DNA of 64,000 nucleotides from Balamuthia mandrillaris (Eukaryota): NCBI GenBank assembly GCA_031835245.2, contig JAVKOQ020000061.1, positions 62,001 to 126,000 of the forward strand, read 5' to 3'. Shown piece by piece: positions 38,564 to 51,386 of this stretch (position 1 is its first letter; each line of letters starts with the position of its first letter). The notes under the pieces were generated by a model. It saw only the letters and a program-made list of their open reading frames with translations, ran no database searches and was not told where the DNA came from. The position numbers and the translations under genes were made by a program.

Positions 38564-38786
38564 GAGAGGGGGAGGGAGAGAGAGAGAGAGAGAGGAGAGT
38601 TCTTCTTCTCATCTCTGAAAAGAGAGAGAGAAAGAGAGAACAGGAAGATGACACATACTGTGCGGCAAAGACTTCGCAGGTGTGACAACTGAATGTTTGT
38701 GGGGTTCTGACCCCGTCGGCGGCGCAGAAACAACAGACAACGACCAACAAACAAAGGGCGGCAAGGAAGAAACGGGTGGCCTTCAT
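38254..38786 (-). CDS. Secreted saposin-like protein with 8-Cys countin-like pattern, 2 exons
   Basis: Signal peptide MKATRFFLAALCLLVVVCCFCAA, then CHTC...CMPLC...CGQIC...CIMAGFC after splicing. Confidence 0.7.
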
Positions 38787-39751
38787 TCTTTTTCTGACTT
38801 TTTCTTTTCTTATTTTTTGTTCGCGTGATGGATTCACGTCGTCATGAATTTAATCCATGACGTCCCGAAAAATCACTCGGATGGAGGCTCTTCCTGGCGG
38901 TAGCTTGTCTGCCGGAAAACGTACGCATTTTCGTTGGACAGCTTTTTGACTTGGTCGGTGTCCTGAGGAGGGCGAATTTCCTCTTAATAGGGGCCTAATT
39001 TTTCATTGCATATTTTTTTTTTTTGATGGCCAAAAAAAATATTATTGTCTATCAAAGAAAAAAAAGAAAGTAGTGGTTAAAAAACAAAGAAGAAAAAAAA
39101 AAAAGAGTAGTGGGCGAGAGAGAGAGGGCCGTTTTTTTTTTTCCATTGCTCATCGAGAGCAAAGCTGCTGTGAGGGGAGTTTATTTTTTTTTTTTAAAAA
39201 AAAGCGGCAGGTGCGTTGGTTGTTGTTCTTTTCCTCCCCCCCTTTTTTTTTGTTTCTTCGTAAGAGAGAAAGAAAGAAAGTTTTTTTTTTTGGGATGATG
39301 AGCAACGGTAAAAAAATAATATTGCGCTACGTTGAGGTTTTTCAACTTTTTCATCGCGCCCATCTTTGATGAAGCGGAAAACTCTCTCGTCCCGTTCTTT
39401 AAAGTTTTACAAGCCGTTGAACAGCATTTTTTTCTTTTTCTGTTTTTGCGGTTTTTTGATTGCGGTAACCTCATGCACTAACCTACTTTTGTTGTCAACA
39501 TTTTGTTTTTTTTCCCCTGTGTGTGGTTTTCCCTCTGCTTCCCATCAAACAGAACAACTGCGCCTTCCAAGTTTTGCAATCATCTGAGTTTTTTTTTCAG
39601 TTTGAAACCACAAAGACTCGTGTTCGAAAGTTCCTGCGTTTTTAATCAAAACCTTTTCAACACGGTGGAGCGTACACAGAAAGAACCGGCGGCTCGAGAT
39701 AGAGGTGAAGGAGGAAGAGATGCGTCGACGGTAAACTCGAATGGTAACGGA

Positions 39752-42700
39752 ATGATGGGCAGCATAGACGACGACGATAAAGCCAAGGAAAGCGGAGGAG
39801 GGGGTGGTGGCGGTGCTGGAGGCGGAGAAGCAGCGATTGATAAAAAGAGCAATGAAAACAACAGCCCTTACCCCGTGACAGCGGTGGATGACAGTTTGGT
39901 GCGGCGGATACTTGGGGAAAAGTACAAGGAAGGGATGGTTGTGGAAGTGCCCACGCTTTTTACTGCCTCGTTGCTTTTCTTGGAACAAAATGGTGCCTGC
40001 TCTCCTCCCTCTTTCCTCCTCCTTTCGTTTTTGTTTCTTCCTCTGTTCTCTTGCTTCATCTCTAATGTTTTGCTTTTTGTCCGTTTCGTTTTGTTTCATG
40101 ATGTTATTATTATTCAATGTGGCGCGGTGGTTAAACCAGGCCTGGACAAGGAGGGTATATTTCGGATACCAGGCGGTGCGCGGGCGGTGGCAGAGTTGCG
40201 AGAGAGCTTCCTGAGCAGAAGACAGAGGAGCAGAACGGATGCCACCTTAGAAGCCATGAGCGAATTCAAGGGAGCATCCCCCTACACCGTTTGCAGCTTT
40301 CTCACAAACTGGCTGCAAACCCAGGAACCTCTCCTTACTTTCTCCTTACACACTCGCTGGATACAAATTGCAGGTACTTTTTCGCAGCCTCGCTCCTCTT
40401 TTCTTGTGCATCTTAATTCTCTTTCTTTTTTTGTTCTTTTCAAGTTTTAAAATTAACTTTTCTTAATTTTTTTTTTCGTAAACGACAACAGAAGCGCCCG
40501 ACGTGGTCACACGGTTAACACAATACATGGTCTTGATTGAGGCCCTTCCAGCTTTCAACCATGTAGTTCTCTACCTGCTGTTTGAGTTCTTGCTCAAAGT
40601 GGGTAAGCACGTAGAGGAGACTAAGATGGGCTTTTCCAATTTGGGCACCATCTTTGGCCCTCTCATTTGCCGGCAGAAGGACTCTTCTGTAGCGCAGGAC
40701 TTTAGCATCGTACCGCAAGTGGCCCAAATTGCCATCGCATTTCTGGAGCACTTTGACGAGCTATTCAATGCTGCCGCGCCGCAAGCTGCATTACCTGCGT
40801 CAGCCTCTGGCGATAGACGTCTCCGAAGACGGCCCTTGCCCTTTGGTGCTGTGGCCAGTCGACCGGCTGTAGGAGCCATGGCACCGCCAGGGTCCCCGGT
40901 CAACAATGTTGGAAACCATAACCACACCAGCGGAAGTGAGGGAGAAACACCTCGCAGTTTGCTGGGATCTCCTCGAGAAGACAAAGATTCAGTAAGTTTT
41001 GCAGTTCCTGCTGCACCGCAACAACAAACAACACAAGAACATGAAGAAGAAGAAGAGCAACAACATACGGAAGAGCAGCCTAACAGTGCAAGAGAGGAAG
41101 GAGAAGGACAAGCACACAAGGACGGTCATCGCCGTATGAGACAGTTATCCGAAATGGGAGGATTTTACGTTAAAGGCACTGCTCTCTTGAAGCAGCACAA
41201 CAAGGACAAGGATGGTCGAAATGGGCGACCGGATATTTGTGAAGACATCACCACTTTCAAAGCCTCCTTGCATGAAGAGTCTTTCAAGCACGAAACCACA
41301 CCTTCATCTTCAACCAACAACACAAACAACACCTCTATTAATGGTAGCCCACAAAAGAAGAAAGATAAAGAGAAAATGCATTCGGGGAGCAGAGAAAAGT
41401 CGGGAAGTGGAAGCAGTCTTATGAGGATGTTCTCTCCACGATTGTTGAGCAAACCGAAAGGAGGTGGAGGAAGTGGTGGAGGGAACGGAGGGGCAGATTC
41501 AGATGAGGACAGCGCAAGCGTCAACAGCAGCGAAAGCGAAAAAGGGGATGACGAATCGGGCTCTTCTTCGGGCAAGTGGGAGCGAGAAAAGGGAGACGGC
41601 AACGCACATAATAGCAGCAATAAGGATGAGCACAAAAAAAAGTTAATGGTATTTGGAGGAAGAAAGTTTGGCGGCAACAAGAAAAAGAAACATCGCAAAA
41701 GTTCTTCCTGGCCAGAGCTCGAAATAGGAGAGTGGAAATTGGCGGCAAAGGCTGCTGAGGAAGAGGAGCAAGAAGCAGAGCAAGGGCGGTTGCCCTCTCC
41801 CTCCGCAAAGAGCGGCTTTCCTCGAAAACCAAGCAAAAATAGCAACAAGGACTCAAAGAACAAGAAAAAAAACGACGGCAGTGAAGCAACGACATTGCCA
41901 ACAACTCAAAGCGACATTTCCATCGGGTCGAGAAAAAGCCAAAGCTTGAGGGAGAGAAGTCCCTCCAATAAACACGACGACGATGAGAAAACGGCAAAAC
42001 AACGACAATACTATGAAGTGCGGAGAAGCAATTGGGTAGCTTTATTTGGAGGCAAAAAAGAAACTGGAGAAGGATCAAACAATCCACCTACGACAACGGG
42101 CAGCGTGGCGACAATCAGCGGCAATGAGGTGGGGTTACACAAATGGAAGATTAGGTTGAAAGAGAGTCCGTTGGGAGCGCAGCCGTTGTGCCAAGGACGA
42201 CCCATGAAGCAACGACGGAGACGACGGCTATTCAGTCTGTTGCAACAGCAACAACAAATGGCGACCACCAACAACAACACGACAGAGGGAGAAGAAGAAG
42301 GGCAGGAGCGCTATCGATTTGGGGAAGGAAGTGGAACTTTAGTGATTCATAAGAGAGAAAAAGGTGAAGAACCAAAAATACGGGAAAGAGCAGAAAGCGG
42401 AGGGAGCGATACCGCGGTGGAGTTATCCGAAGGTGAAACCAGCGATCAAAATCAAAACAATCCTTTTCATCATAATGACTACGACGGTGGTAATGACGAG
42501 GAGGATGACTACGACGACGAGTCTGACATTGACTTTGAGGAAGAGCGAACATCCGCCATCACTCTGCTGGAGATGTATTACGGGTCGGAGGGAGCGAGAG
42601 AGCGGGAGATGGCTCGGTTGAGGGAGGAACAAATGGCAAGGGGTCGTCTCTTTTATTATGGCTCTTCGGAGGAGGAAGGAGAGGAAGGAGCAGTCGGGCG

Positions 42701-42836
42701 AGCGCTGACGAGTCGGCGGCAAGAGAGTGGTTCCGCCTCACCATCAACCAATGCTTTGGCGCGATCCACCTCGTGCTCCTCTGCCTCTTCTACTTCGGGA
42801 AGTAAGCTCAGACCAACGCGTAAAGTATCTGGCTGA
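39752..42836 (+). CDS. RhoGAP-domain protein with long disordered C-terminus
   Basis: VPTLF...FLEQNGLDKEGIFRIPG (Arg finger), EPLLTF, LP.FN..VL.LLFEFL.KV, KMGFSNLGTIFGPLI. Confidence 0.9.
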
Positions 42837-43429
42837 AACGAAACCAAACGAACTGGACAACTTCAACTTTGGACAAAGAACGAAAACCTCTGGAGAAGGG
42901 AGGAACGTCTGGTATTTATAGCACTCTTTTTTTTTTCTTCTGTTCCCTTTTGTTGTTTTCTTTTGGGGTCCGCTTTTAATCTTTGTAATTATTTTTGTTT
43001 AGAAAGGGATGGAGACAATGGGCAGGGAATATTTTATTTGTTTGCTGGGGGGACAAAGACCACATTCGGCTTCTTTTCTTTCTGTTCTGTTCTGTTTTAT
43101 TATTTTTTTGTCAGGGGATTTTATTTTATTTATTTATTTTATTTTGAAAATCCTCTCTTTTTGCACTTTTATTTATGATGTTCACTTTTCTTTTTTCTTT
43201 CCTCTGTTTTTGCCCTTGTAGCGAACACAACCCTTTTTTTTTTTTTGCTCATTCGTCACCACCAAACTGTGAAGTGAAGTTGGATGGAGATTTTTTTGTT
43301 TCAAACCCTTCTTATTCTTGTAGAACTATCTTTTTTTTTTGTACTTTTGTTCTTTAAAAACCAACCAGATCTGAAACAAAACACTTTGCACACAAAATCT
43401 TTTTTTTCGTTCTCTTTCAACAGCTTCGC

Positions 43430-43682
43430 ACGAGAGGGAGAGAAGGGAGAGAGAGGGAGAGAGAGGGAGAGAGAGGGAGAGAGAGGGAGAGGAGAGAGAG
43501 GAGAGAGGAGAGGGAGAGGGGAGAGAGGAGAGGGGAGAGAGGAAGAGAGGAGAGAGGAGAGAGAGGGAGAGAGGAAAAGAGGGGAAGAAGAGAGAGAGAG
43601 AGAGAGGGAGAGAAGGGAGAGAGGAGAGAGAGGAAAAGAGGGAGAGGAGAGAGAGAAGGAGAGAGGAGAGAGGAGAGAGGAC
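43430..43682. repeat. Intergenic polypurine (GA/GGA-rich) tract
   Basis: About 250 nt containing only G and A on the + strand, upstream of the K+ channel gene. Confidence 0.95.
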
Positions 43683-43836
43683 AGAATAACGAACGACAAA
43701 AAAGTGCCTTCCCGATTTGGGCAAAGAGAGATAAACATGCAAATAAAATTCCACGGGTTTCTCTGTTGGGCGCTACGTTTGGTGTAGCAGCAGCGGGTTG
43801 AACAACAGAAATTACAAAAAAGAAAGGAGGGAGGAG

Positions 43837-44883
43837 ATGAGCGAGGAGGAACCTCAGTCTGGCGTGATCCCTCTGACGGAGTGGCTGGGTGGGGGGTCGG
43901 ACGTGGACAGGCTCGCCCTGCCGGTGTTTGGTGGAGCGTGGATCGCCTACAGCTTTCTGGGCTTCCTCCTCAGCTACCTGCTGGCCAAGGTGAGGCTCCC
44001 GCCGACACTCTCCAAACGTATACGGCGAGGGCACGGCAAACTTGCTGCCCAGTTTGTTTCTAGACCCCTCATCAGAGCCAAGCGTTTTAGCCTGCTGGGC
44101 AGGAGCTTGCTTGTTCCTCCTTTCCTTCGCTGGCCGCTCGCTGTCTACAACGTATGTCCCTCCTTGTTTGTCAATTGTTGTTGTTGCGGTTGCGGTTGTT
44201 GTTCGGTTCTGTTTATTCTTCATGTTTTTTTTTGCTTCTTGCTTCTTGCTTCTTTTTCTTCTCGTTTATGTTCTTCTTCTTTCATACTGAAGTGATGTTG
44301 GCAGGAAATGGGAATGATAGTGCTGAGCTTGTTTTCATGTGGTATGTTCATATTCTACAGCGTGCGCGTCTCACAGGAGCAGCCTGACATTTTGGAAGCC
44401 ACTGGGGCCATTTGGCTCGAGTTTAGCACGTCGTCGATCTTTCTTTACAACTACATTCTTCATTTTCTCCTTGAACGGATGAAGTAGGTTTCTTTCTCGC
44501 AAGTGCTTTGCTTCTTGCTGTTTTCTCGTTGCTTTTGTTGTTGTGTTCGTTGCTTGTTTGTTGTATTGTTCTTCGTTTCCTTCTTGCTGTTTTGTTCTTC
44601 GTTTGCTCGTTGTTGTAGTGCCATTTAAGCTCACCATGTATTGTGCCTCAGGTGGAAATATTTTATCCTCAGAGTTACTCCTGCCATTGACTTTTTGGCA
44701 CTCATACCTGGTATAAGTGCTCCATTGCTTGGTCGCTATTATTATGGCTTCCTATTCTTTCGCATTGTTCACGTCCTTACTGGTACTGTTGTTCTTCAGG
44801 TAATCCTCTCCTCATGTATCATTTTTATGCTTCCCATCTCTTGTTCCTTTCCCTTCTCATACCCTCTTCTTGCCGCTGTGTGT

Positions 44884-44914
<31 letters not shown>

Positions 44915-45674
44915 TCACTTTTTTGCAGAATTATGGATTGTTGCCATTCTTATCAGGTTTGTCAAGTTATTCACTCCATTATCTCTATCTCTTCTCTATC
45001 TTCTGTGTTTCAACTAACTTTTCCATTTGCATTCTCTGTTTTGCCTCTCTGTAGAAGCGTTTGGGGTATGTTGCCTTTTCATGCTAAAGCAAATCTCAAA
45101 AAATGAACATTCTCTCCTTCTCCCGTTTTATGGCAGATTATTGTAGTTGTAATGGCGGCAGGCCTTAGCTTTATTCTGGCGGCAGCAAGCATCATTTTTG
45201 TTGCTGAGAACTCAATCCAAAATGATGAAGGACAATTGGCAAACTTCTTTGAGTCCATTTACCTCATTGTTATAGTATGAAATTGCTTATGCTTTGGAAT
45301 CCAGCTTAATTCAACTAATCTCTCTTTCTCTCTCTTGCTCTTCAAAGACAATAACGACAGTGGGATATGGAGACTTTAGCCCACAGACTACTATGGGGAG
45401 AATTTTAATCTTGCTCTTTGTTGTTGTGGCTATTGCTCTCATCCCTGTTTTCTTCACACATATCAAACAAGCTATTGATCGCCACAGAGGTAACTTTGAC
45501 TAATACATTAATGCTTTGCTTTTCATATTTATCAACCTTGTTCTTTTCAAGCTACTAGGAAATATAAGGGACCCTCCAGTCATGTAGTTATTTGTGGAGT
45601 ATCTGATGCATTACAAGAAGTATTCAGAGAGTTTTATCATGAGGTGACCTTTCTCTCATTTCATCTCTTCTCTC

Positions 45675-45708
<34 letters not shown>

Positions 45709-45932
45709 GCCTCTATTGACTCTTGTTGTATTCATAACAAAAAACAAAAGGATCGCCCGTATCAACCAACCAAGCTAGTAGTGTTAGCAAAAGAGGATCT
45801 TTCCACCGGCACACAACTACTTCTTAGACGACCCTTTTATCATACACGGGTTACAGTGCTTAGCGGCTTTGCTACAGTACATAAATTCTCCTCCGCAGTT
45901 TCACCCCTTAGATTTGCATTTGTAACTAATAT

Positions 45933-45971
<39 letters not shown>

Positions 45972-48855
45972 TTCGCCTTTATTGCTTGTGAAAATAGTTA
46001 AGGGAAGATTTGAAAAAGACTAGAGTGAATGCTGCAAAGGCCTGTGTTTTCCTCTCCAACAAAAGAGCTGAAGACTCGGAGAAAGAAGATACAGGTAAGA
46101 AAGCGAATCTACACAACTTGCATTGCTTTGCTTACTAACTCAAAGCAACTTCAAGAAACAATGATATCTGCTCTAAACGTACAGCAGTCTTGTCCTCAGG
46201 TTCCGCTCTTTGTGCAAACTCTCCATTCAAAGTTTAAATCCATACTAAAGGCCAACAAGATAAATAACGTGCTATGTATAGAGGAGCTCAAAATGGTTTC
46301 TAGTTTTCTTTCCTTTCTTGTTCGTGATTCCTTTATTAGTTCCCTTAGCTTAGCCTTAAACAACACCCAGGGATTCATTGCGCAGAGCTGTATATCTCCC
46401 GGCTTTTCGACTTTGCTTGGCAATCTTATAACCTCTTTTTCGCTCGAGCAAACCAGTTCCAAGTCGTTTAAGATGCCATTCAAATGGCAACCAAAATATT
46501 GTACTCACTCCTTCTCTTCGCCGTTCTCATTTCTTCTCTTCTTCTCGCTTACTTGCTCTCGCTCTCTCTCCCTCTGTCTGTATACCATGCTAATGTACTG
46601 CTAGTGCAAGGATGTGACTATGAAATCTATCCCTTCCTCAAAATGAAAGCTTATGCTGGTTTGACCTTCACCAAAGCAGCCAAGGTAACATGGCTACTCT
46701 CCTTCTCATTTCTGCTCCTTATTTCTGAACTCTTTTCTTCTTGCCTAGATGATTTATCAACGGAGTGGACTAGTATTATTTGCAATAAGAGGTGGAGAAC
46801 AAAAGATATGGGGAAAACGGGTTCTTCTAAACCCAGGCAGAGGGTACACTATTTATCCGGATGACATTGGCTACATCTTAGCGCGAGATGCTTTTGAAGT
46901 GGACAATTTGGCTCAGTTGCCTTTGTCGCCCGGTTCGTTTCCTTCTTTCTCTTCCTCCAATGGTTCTGCTGCTTCGGTGCAAGGCAGAAGAGGCAACGAG
47001 CATGATAGGGATAAAGAAGAAGCAAACGGCAACAGCCTGGATGATGACGAAGTTGGTGATCGTGGAGAAGAAAAATACCGAGACGACGTTGATCGTAGAC
47101 TTAAAAAACGGACGAACGGAGCCAATAGACGTTTGCCATTACCACCAACGCCGTCCATTCAGACGATTATCAACAGCCCTGACGCAACGCAAGAAGAGAG
47201 TGAGAACAACGGACAAGAAATGGTTCGGTTGGACTCTTCTTCTTCCTCTTCATCCTCATCGTCATCTTCTTCTCCCACTACTAGTCTTAGAAGTTCGCGC
47301 CGACTTTCTTCCAGAAGCAATGTTGACGATCAACACTTAAAACGTGGCCAAGGGAAGCACAGCCGATTTATAGGCGGTGGGTGGCGTGATGCCTCATTAG
47401 ATCTTCGAAGAACACTTTTGGCAGTTGATGCGCAGGAACGAAATCCGCACAACATTCGCGTAACTGAGGAAGGAAATGTCGATATTAGAAATCCTAATGA
47501 TCATCACGGAGGAGAAGCTGCAGGCATTCATAGAAAAAGTGATGAAGGTTCAGCGCTTCTTGTAAGTGGGAAGGTTGCTCTTTTGCCCAAATGGAGATAT
47601 AGACGGCGAAAACGGAAGGTAACAACGAAGCAAAGGAAGAAGGAAAACAAGGACGAAGAGAAAAATAGGAAGAATCTCAATGCTGAAGACGAGGACGATC
47701 AGGTACAATTACGAGAACGGCGAAATGCAATCAGTGACTCTGAAGTGCCGCAGGGAAGAAAAAAATCTTTCTCTATGCGCCACAGAAGAGAGAAAGGCAA
47801 AGAAAAAGTAGATCAACAACCGCAGCAACATCCAGATAGAGAAGGAATCGAGAAAGAGACAGAGAGAGAAAAGGACGAAAAGGGACGGGCGTTGAGAATG
47901 TCAAAATACAAAAAACGAAGGCGTTACTCCATCGACTTATGGCACCATAACGACCGAAGCTGGAGCACCGATGAAACCGCAACAGATCATAGTCCAGATA
48001 CCGTAACTGTCTACCCTGACCAATCTCGAGAAGAAGAGGAAGGAGAGTATTTCCGAAGCAGGAGAGGAAGCCTTGATCCCAAGGTCTTGGCTGAAACGTT
48101 GCACAAATATACCGTAATTCAAGGACTGACTCAAGATACAGAGGTTTTCTTTTGTTTCTGTCTTTTGTTTTGTTTTCCCTTTCTTCCTCATATAACGTGA
48201 AGTCTTGAACCAGGAGCTATTGTTGTTGAACAAACCAGCTGATCTGAAAAGCGCCATTAGAAGGACTATCACAAGCTCAACGTTGGGCATCCCTCCGCAA
48301 CCTGATGGCAGCACAGGCCACATACTGGTGTGTGGTGGTTTGGCTGGACTGCTTCACCTTATTATGCCTCTGCGGGCTGCCCATTTGGTGGAAGTGAAAC
48401 CCATAGTGATTCTATCCCCTTCTCGACCTTCCAAGAGAGTTTGGGATAGCATATCATTCTTCCCTAAAATTTACTTTGTTAAGGTGTTTCTTCGACCTCT
48501 TTCTCTTTTTCTTATACTCTCTTCTCATGCACGCACATACGTGTTCTTTTTCTCTTTTTCCAATATATTTGAAACAACAGGGATCTGCGCTGGCACGAGA
48601 GGACTTATTGGCAGCAGGAGCGAACACAGCTAGCAATGTCATCATTCTTTCTGAACGACACGAAGGCGACAAAGATGTAACACCAGCGATGGCTGACTCA
48701 TCCGTGATCATGACCTACCGGCTTCTGCTCACAATGGACTGTAAGGGCTTCATAATCTGCTCTCTTGGTATCTATTCCTTGTCGTGTCTTCCTCTTCTTC
48801 TCTTCTGTTTCTTCTTCTTCTTTTTCTTCGTTTTAAATGTTCTTCTTTTCTTTCT

Positions 48856-48910
<55 letters not shown>

Positions 48911-50244
48911 CCCCTCTCACTCTTTCATGCGAATCAGAGTACATCGAAAATATTAGGTTTCTAAAACAGGCAAGCATGAAACAATCGGCTCATTTAATAG
49001 ACCCACTATACGCCGCCGGCAACGTATGTACCACTGGCATGTACGATGCGCTCCTGGCGCAAGCCTTCTACAACCCAGATCTTATAGCCTTGATGGAGCG
49101 GTTTATATCCAGCCGAGTCTTTCAGGTCAAAGTGAGCAACGTGCACTTAACGGGAATGCCCTACAGCGAAGCCGTTTTGCAATTTCTTCATTACAACGAC
49201 CTCTTAGCCATTGGCCTGTATCGCGTGGAGGAGGAAAGAGTGCGAGTTGTAGCGTCTCGACATGGAGCAAGAGAGCTGGACACTCTATTTCATGCCTATT
49301 CTCTCCTAGCCGATACCAGGGATGATGACACAGAAGAAGAGGAGTGTTCCGACGATGAAGACCTACACGAAATCGTAGGAGAGGCAAATGAGGCGAAGAC
49401 GAGCACAAAGAAATCAAGGGAGTGGAAACGACCGGGATGGCCGAAGAGACACGTAACCGAAGAAAGATGCAAACACAGGTTTGCTCAATTTCCCTACGTC
49501 CATACAAACCCTCCTCCAGATACCATCCTTAAGCCCAACGATCGCATCTTTCTCATCATCCCTGACACTCATGGCCTCGAATGTCTCCGACAAGAAGCAG
49601 AGTGCAAGTTGGAAAAGAGAGCAAGTAGAAGCAGGCGTACGGAAAGCAGAGGAAAGGAGAGAGAAGGAAAAAAGGAAGCAGAGGAGAAAAAAGAAAAAAC
49701 AAGCGCATCAGTTGAAGAATTGGTCAGGAACAGTGACCCTGGAGGTCCGTCCCTGGAAAAGAGAATGAACTGCTCTTCCCCTCCCTCTTCTTCCCCAATG
49801 CGGGAAAACTCATTTCTTTCGAGTTATGCCAACTGGAAGTTGGAGACAATGCAACGACCTTCAGCGGGCGGAAGCCCGGCTCTTCCTCGGCGTCATCGTC
49901 GTCATCGTAGTGCAGCTGAAGAAACGGAAAGTAGTGACTATGATTCGAGCGCTTCTTATGAAGAATGTGGAAAGAAGAAAGATGTAACGAGACGGCAAAA
50001 CGACCATCGACACCGCCCTCAATTCTATCACAGTGTGCGCAAACAAGATAAGAGAAACAGGCAAGCAGCGAAACGAGCACAGAATAACGATACTTGGATG
50101 AAGAGATATGTACATAAAGATGAGAGAGCGTCAACTACCAGCGACAGCGATACTACCAGCAGAAGCGGTAGTACCAGCCCATTAACAAGAATCGCAGCTG
50201 CCGGCAGTAGCAGTGATCTGTCGGACAGCTCTTCATCGTGTTGA
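43837..50244 (+). CDS. Slo-family (BK/KCNT-like) potassium channel with two RCK domains, many exons
   Basis: Pore TITTVGYGDFSP.T.MGR; HVVICG; IAQSCISPGFSTLLGNL; GHILVCG; YAAGNV; QAFYNP; YVHTNPPPDTIL.PNDRIF. Confidence 0.9.
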
Positions 50245-50306
50245 TGGTTATTTCGGTGGAGTCAAGTTTTTGTAAAAGTGAAGTAAGTAAAAGACAAACT
50301 TGTTTC

Positions 50307-51230
50307 TTAAACTAAAAGCAGATTCCAAAAAGGACCAACAACAGCTTTGGCTGCGGACGACTCTTCCTCAGAGTAGCTCTCCTCATCCGTTAAACCAGAA
50401 CCAAACGAGGAGGAAGAGCTAGGTTCTTCCTCTCTCTGCGCCACAAAACCTTCCACAGCCACCAACAAAGCTTTTTTCCAGTTTGGCGTCAACCGGAATA
50501 GTAGTCCGTATTCTACCGCACTGGCACGTTTAGCAGGAGCCCATATACCACCAGCAAAGAAGGACCATCCCAGGAATACGATGTAGCCTTCTCCCCAGCG
50601 ATAGGAGAACAAGGCGCAAGCCTCGTCCCCCTCTGTGGTGTTGGAGGAATAGAGGCACGCAAGATTCTCATCATGCTCTCCCTCAACAGCCGTCATGTTG
50701 AGCAGTTGCGAAAGGAACTTTACCTCCAGCTTATCCGGACCCCGCTGCTCAAAAGGGGTAACCGCAGCGGCTGCCGTTTTGCCATAGTATGCTTCCGTGC
50801 TCACGTCTGAAAAGAGGACGCCCTTCTCCGGCAGGCCAAGTGTCGGCAGGGTTGTGCTAAGGAGCTCCAAACTGCCAACCCAGACGAGGACTCCTCCTCC
50901 CTCCTCCACATAGGCCGAGAGTAACGCTTGCGCATCCGAAGGAAGCTCCAAGCTTTCGTTATGCAAGCCGGGTGCGGGAAACACGAAGACAGGCGCACTG
51001 GCGAGCACCTCTGCGGCCTCCTCCGTTTGGCGGACGAAGCTCACGTTGTGGCCTCTGTCCTCCAGTATGTCGTTGATGAGGTAGGCGGGTGAGACGCGGT
51101 AGCCCCCTCCCATCTCGTGGTAGTCGTGGATGATGGCGGGATAGACGATGTCAAGGTCGTAGAGGAGCGCCACCTGCAGGCGGGAGCTGTCGTCCGCGTG
51201 GCCACCCACAGGGGCAGCCCAAAGGCTGCA
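50307..51230 (-). CDS. Putative cell-surface (possibly GPI-anchored) protein with a class-I GATase-like ectodomain; 5' end uncertain
   Basis: About 300-aa ORF with LLSAYVEEGGGVLV and GEGYIVFLGW; Ser/Glu-rich stalk and short hydrophobic C-terminus; no in-frame ATG identified. Confidence 0.55.
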   Translation of the reverse strand, partial: CSLWAAPVGGHADDSSRLQVALLYDLDIVYPAIIHDYHEMGGGYRVSPAYLINDILEDRGHNVSFVRQTEEAAEVLASAPVFVFPAPGLHNESLELPSDAQALLSAYVEEGGGVLVWVGSLELLSTTLPTLGLPEKGVLFSDVSTEAYYGKTAAAAVTPFEQRGPDKLEVKFLSQLLNMTAVEGEHDENLACLYSSNTTEGDEACALFSYRWGEGYIVFLGWSFFAGGIWAPAKRASAVEYGLLFRLTPNWKKALLVAVEGFVAQREEEPSSSSSFGSGLTDEESYSEEESSAAKAVVGPFWNLLLV

Positions 51231-51386
51231 CTTTCTGCATAAACGTTCTTTCTTTTTTTTTTTGTTTCATCAACACAGAGCTATAATACCATTGGCCAAT
51301 GCTTAATTCATTTAAGATTCACGTGTACGGACCAAGCATTCCACACATTCCGTGGGTCGCTATAGAGAAGCGAAGCAAAAAAGAAA

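Noticed and set aside
43301..43790. Leu/Ser- or Glu/Arg-rich ORFs upstream of the K+ channel
   Set aside because: Artefacts of the GA-only polypurine tract, which cannot contain stop codons.
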